64,000 nt of DNA from an uncultured delta proteobacterium (lineage in GTDB: Bacteria > Desulfobacterota > Binatia > UBA9968). A program made the position numbers and the translations under genes. Under the pieces are notes generated by a model that searched no databases, was not told the DNA's origin, and saw nothing but the letters and a program-made list of their open reading frames with translations. The stretch spans positions 832,001-896,000 of the forward strand of contig CAVYTU010000014.1 of NCBI GenBank assembly GCA_963771465.1, written 5' to 3'. The first letter of the stretch is position 1; each line of letters opens with the position of its first letter. Shown in pieces: positions 61,821 to 64,000 of the stretch.

Positions 61821-62372
61821 ATGGAAAATCAAGCATTGAACGTCATTCATCCGTTTCCGGCAAAGCTCCGCTACGCCTCGATCCTACGCTGTCTCGGTCA
61901 AGCCTTGGCGGCGATGGATTTAAAGGCAGTTGAAATCAAACGGCATGGCGAGGACTTCATCGTCCAGGCATGGAACCGGGGCACGTCGATGGCGATGGAT
62001 GTGGACAAGCATTATAGCATCGAAGACATCCGTAGGATGGATATTGCGGCGCGGGCGCAGCGCAGGCCTTATTTAGGGCCGCCGGACCTTTTGAGCCTTT
62101 CGCAGGTGTTGCGACTGGCCGGCAACTATGTCGACCGGATGAGCGGCCGATTATTACGAGTTTCGTGGCAAGATCAGTCCGATAAAATCCAATCGGTCAC
62201 GGTGCAGTGGGAGTCGATTACCGGCGCGCCTGAAACGAAAGAAACCAAGGCAACGACAGTCGAAGAACTGTGCATTCACATCTACAAACAGCGCAAGAAG
62301 ATCAATCGATCGTCGGAGAAAGAAGCGCACCGGCCGTTTGTCAGCGTCGGCAGGGTTGGCCAACAGTCGTGA
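61821..62372 (+). CDS. Hypothetical protein with an internal two-fold repeat
   Basis: YASILRCLGQAL.. versus LSQVLRLAGNYV..; start uncertain (61815 or 61821). Confidence 0.7.
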   Translation: MENQALNVIHPFPAKLRYASILRCLGQALAAMDLKAVEIKRHGEDFIVQAWNRGTSMAMDVDKHYSIEDIRRMDIAARAQRRPYLGPPDLLSLSQVLRLAGNYVDRMSGRLLRVSWQDQSDKIQSVTVQWESITGAPETKETKATTVEELCIHIYKQRKKINRSSEKEAHRPFVSVGRVGQQS

Positions 62373-62466
62373 GTGCTGAGTTCTGAGTTGAGAGTCACGC
62401 CTCGTCCGCTTCTCACTCTCGTCATGCCGGCGCCATCCGGCATCCAGGTTTTGCGATTCGATAGGC

Positions 62467-64000
62467 TCAAGCCTGATACTTGACTTCGCCTCCCACCAAG
62501 GTCATCTCGACTTTTAGCTCTCTGATCTTCTCCGGCGCAATGGCAAAGGGATCGTCGGCGAGCACCGCGATGTCGGCGAGCTTGCCGATTTCTAACGTGC
62601 CCTTGTCGTTTTCTTCGAAGCCGACCCACGACGCCGTGGTGGTGTGCATGGCGAACGCTTCGCTGACCGTGATTTTCTCCTCCGGTATCCAGACCTCGCC
62701 CCAGCGCATCTTGCGCGAGGCGGCGGTGGCGATGTCTCGCAACGGATCCACCGGCCAGTAGCCCGGCGAATCCGAGCCGCCGGCGATGATCACGCCGTTC
62801 TTCAATAACGTGTGAAACGGAAACGCTTTGGTCAGCCGCCGCTCGCCGACGCAATCGAGAATCGCGTCGCCGATATAATAGGCGAAAGCGATGTTGGGAA
62901 TCGCGACGATACCGGAGCGCACCATGCGGTGAATCAATTTCGGCGTGGCCAGCCAGTTGCCCATATGCTCGATTCGATGACGGTGATCTTTGCGCGGTGA
63001 GTGTTCAATGGCATTCTCATAAGCGTCGAGGGCCATGTCGAAGGCTTTGTCGCCGATGGCGTGCACGCAGCAGCGCAGGCCGGCGTCGTGGCAAACCTGC
63101 ACGGTGTGATTCAATTCGTCTTGCTGAATTCTAATAATGCCATGATTGTGCTCGTCGTTTTCATAGGGCTCATGAAAGCAGGCGTTACGTCCGGTGATAC
63201 CGCCGTCGATGCTCATCTTGACGCCGCCGATGCGCAGCCAGTCGTTGCCGAAGCCGGTAATGAGGCCGAGCTCGGTCAAACTCTTGGTTTCGATCATCGA
63301 CTCGATCACCCGCGGCAAGATGCTCACGCGCGCGTGCATGCGGCCTTCCTTGTAGATTTCCTGATAGGCGCGCACCGGTTCGGCGTAGCGGACGATGTCG
63401 TGCACCGTCGTCACGCCCCGTTGGAGGCATTGATTGAGAGCGAAGACGATGCCGTCTTTGAGCTGCAGGTAATTGAACTCCGGCGCGACTTTTCGAAGAA
63501 TCAGCTGGGCGCGCTCGTGCAGCTCGCCGGTGGGCTCGCCGGTTTGCGGGTCATGTTTAATGTGACCGCCGGCCGGGTCGGGCGTGTCGCGGGTGATTTT
63601 GCCGGCGGCGAGCGCCGCTGTGTTGCCGATGGTGACGTGGGCGCCGAATGAGATCGACAGGGGATGGTCCGGCACGGCACGGTCGAGATCATGGCGGTCG
63701 GGAAAGCGATGATCGTCGATGCGAAAATCTTGCATCGGACTGCCGTGGGCGACGATCCACGAACCTTTTGGCGCGCTGGCCGCGGCATTAGCAAGCCGCT
63801 GCAGTATATCCGCCACCGAATGCACGTCGACATAAAAGTCGCGGCAGTCGACCAGTTCCATCTCCGCCGTGCCTTTCTCCGAAAGATGCACATGGGTGTC
63901 AGTCAAGCCGGGGATCGCGGTGCGCCCTTTGAGATCGATCATTTGAGTATCGGCGCCGGCGAGCCGACGAACATCGTCGGATTTACCCGTCGCAACAATG
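62467..64000 (-). CDS. Amidohydrolase_3 (YtcJ-like), N-terminus beyond the window
   Basis: IDLKGR.AIPGLTDTHVH, DG, HAIGD, RIEH, GSDSP, GKLAD; frame stays open to 64000 (IVATGKSDDVRRLAG). Confidence 0.93.
   Translation of the reverse strand, partial: IVATGKSDDVRRLAGADTQMIDLKGRTAIPGLTDTHVHLSEKGTAEMELVDCRDFYVDVHSVADILQRLANAAASAPKGSWIVAHGSPMQDFRIDDHRFPDRHDLDRAVPDHPLSISFGAHVTIGNTAALAAGKITRDTPDPAGGHIKHDPQTGEPTGELHERAQLILRKVAPEFNYLQLKDGIVFALNQCLQRGVTTVHDIVRYAEPVRAYQEIYKEGRMHARVSILPRVIESMIETKSLTELGLITGFGNDWLRIGGVKMSIDGGITGRNACFHEPYENDEHNHGIIRIQQDELNHTVQVCHDAGLRCCVHAIGDKAFDMALDAYENAIEHSPRKDHRHRIEHMGNWLATPKLIHRMVRSGIVAIPNIAFAYYIGDAILDCVGERRLTKAFPFHTLLKNGVIIAGGSDSPGYWPVDPLRDIATAASRKMRWGEVWIPEEKITVSEAFAMHTTTASWVGFEENDKGTLEIGKLADIAVLADDPFAIAPEKIRELKVEMTLVGGEVKYQA

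Noticed and set aside
551-63893. Many long antisense or alternate-frame ORFs in the track (for example 4028-4732, 41848-42564, 60745-61614)
   Set aside because: They are shadows of well-supported genes, expected in GC-rich DNA, and lack motifs or RBSs.
1-64000. CRISPR arrays, tRNA/rRNA genes, IS or integrase genes, known riboswitches
   Set aside because: I found no regularly spaced repeat-spacer units, cloverleaf, transposase or integrase motifs, or riboswitch consensus by eye; a covariance-model scan would be needed to exclude them.

Overview
Bacterial, GC-rich, gene-dense window with no rRNA, tRNA, CRISPR array or transposase that I could recognise. The content (many orphan solute-binding proteins, amidohydrolases, ThDP enzymes, a Zn-ribbon/cyclase/AAA/TPR protein) resembles Candidatus Binatia and related uncultured 'Deltaproteobacteria'; this is inference only. 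Core genes are polA, deaD, rnhA, aat, selO/ydiU and cfa. The 1-33 kb part is a patchwork with several frameshifted genes (some probably long-read indel errors) and orphan 3' gene ends (adh, rnhA, polX, DUF2188). Best candidate novelty: the selO/ydiU AMPylase ends ...YRTF-TGA-GT-TGA, so UGA replaces the conserved Cys of the TFCGT tail and is followed by a hairpin with bacterial SECIS geometry, suggesting a bacterial Sec-containing SelO. Other highlights: a sigma54-driven 69-aa protein with a classical C2H2 zinc finger, a structured deaD leader, cassettes bounded by diverged copies of a neighbour's 3' end, an actinobacterial-type PolA, and two tandem E1 alpha/beta pairs without E2/E3. All family assignments come from motif recognition, not database searches.
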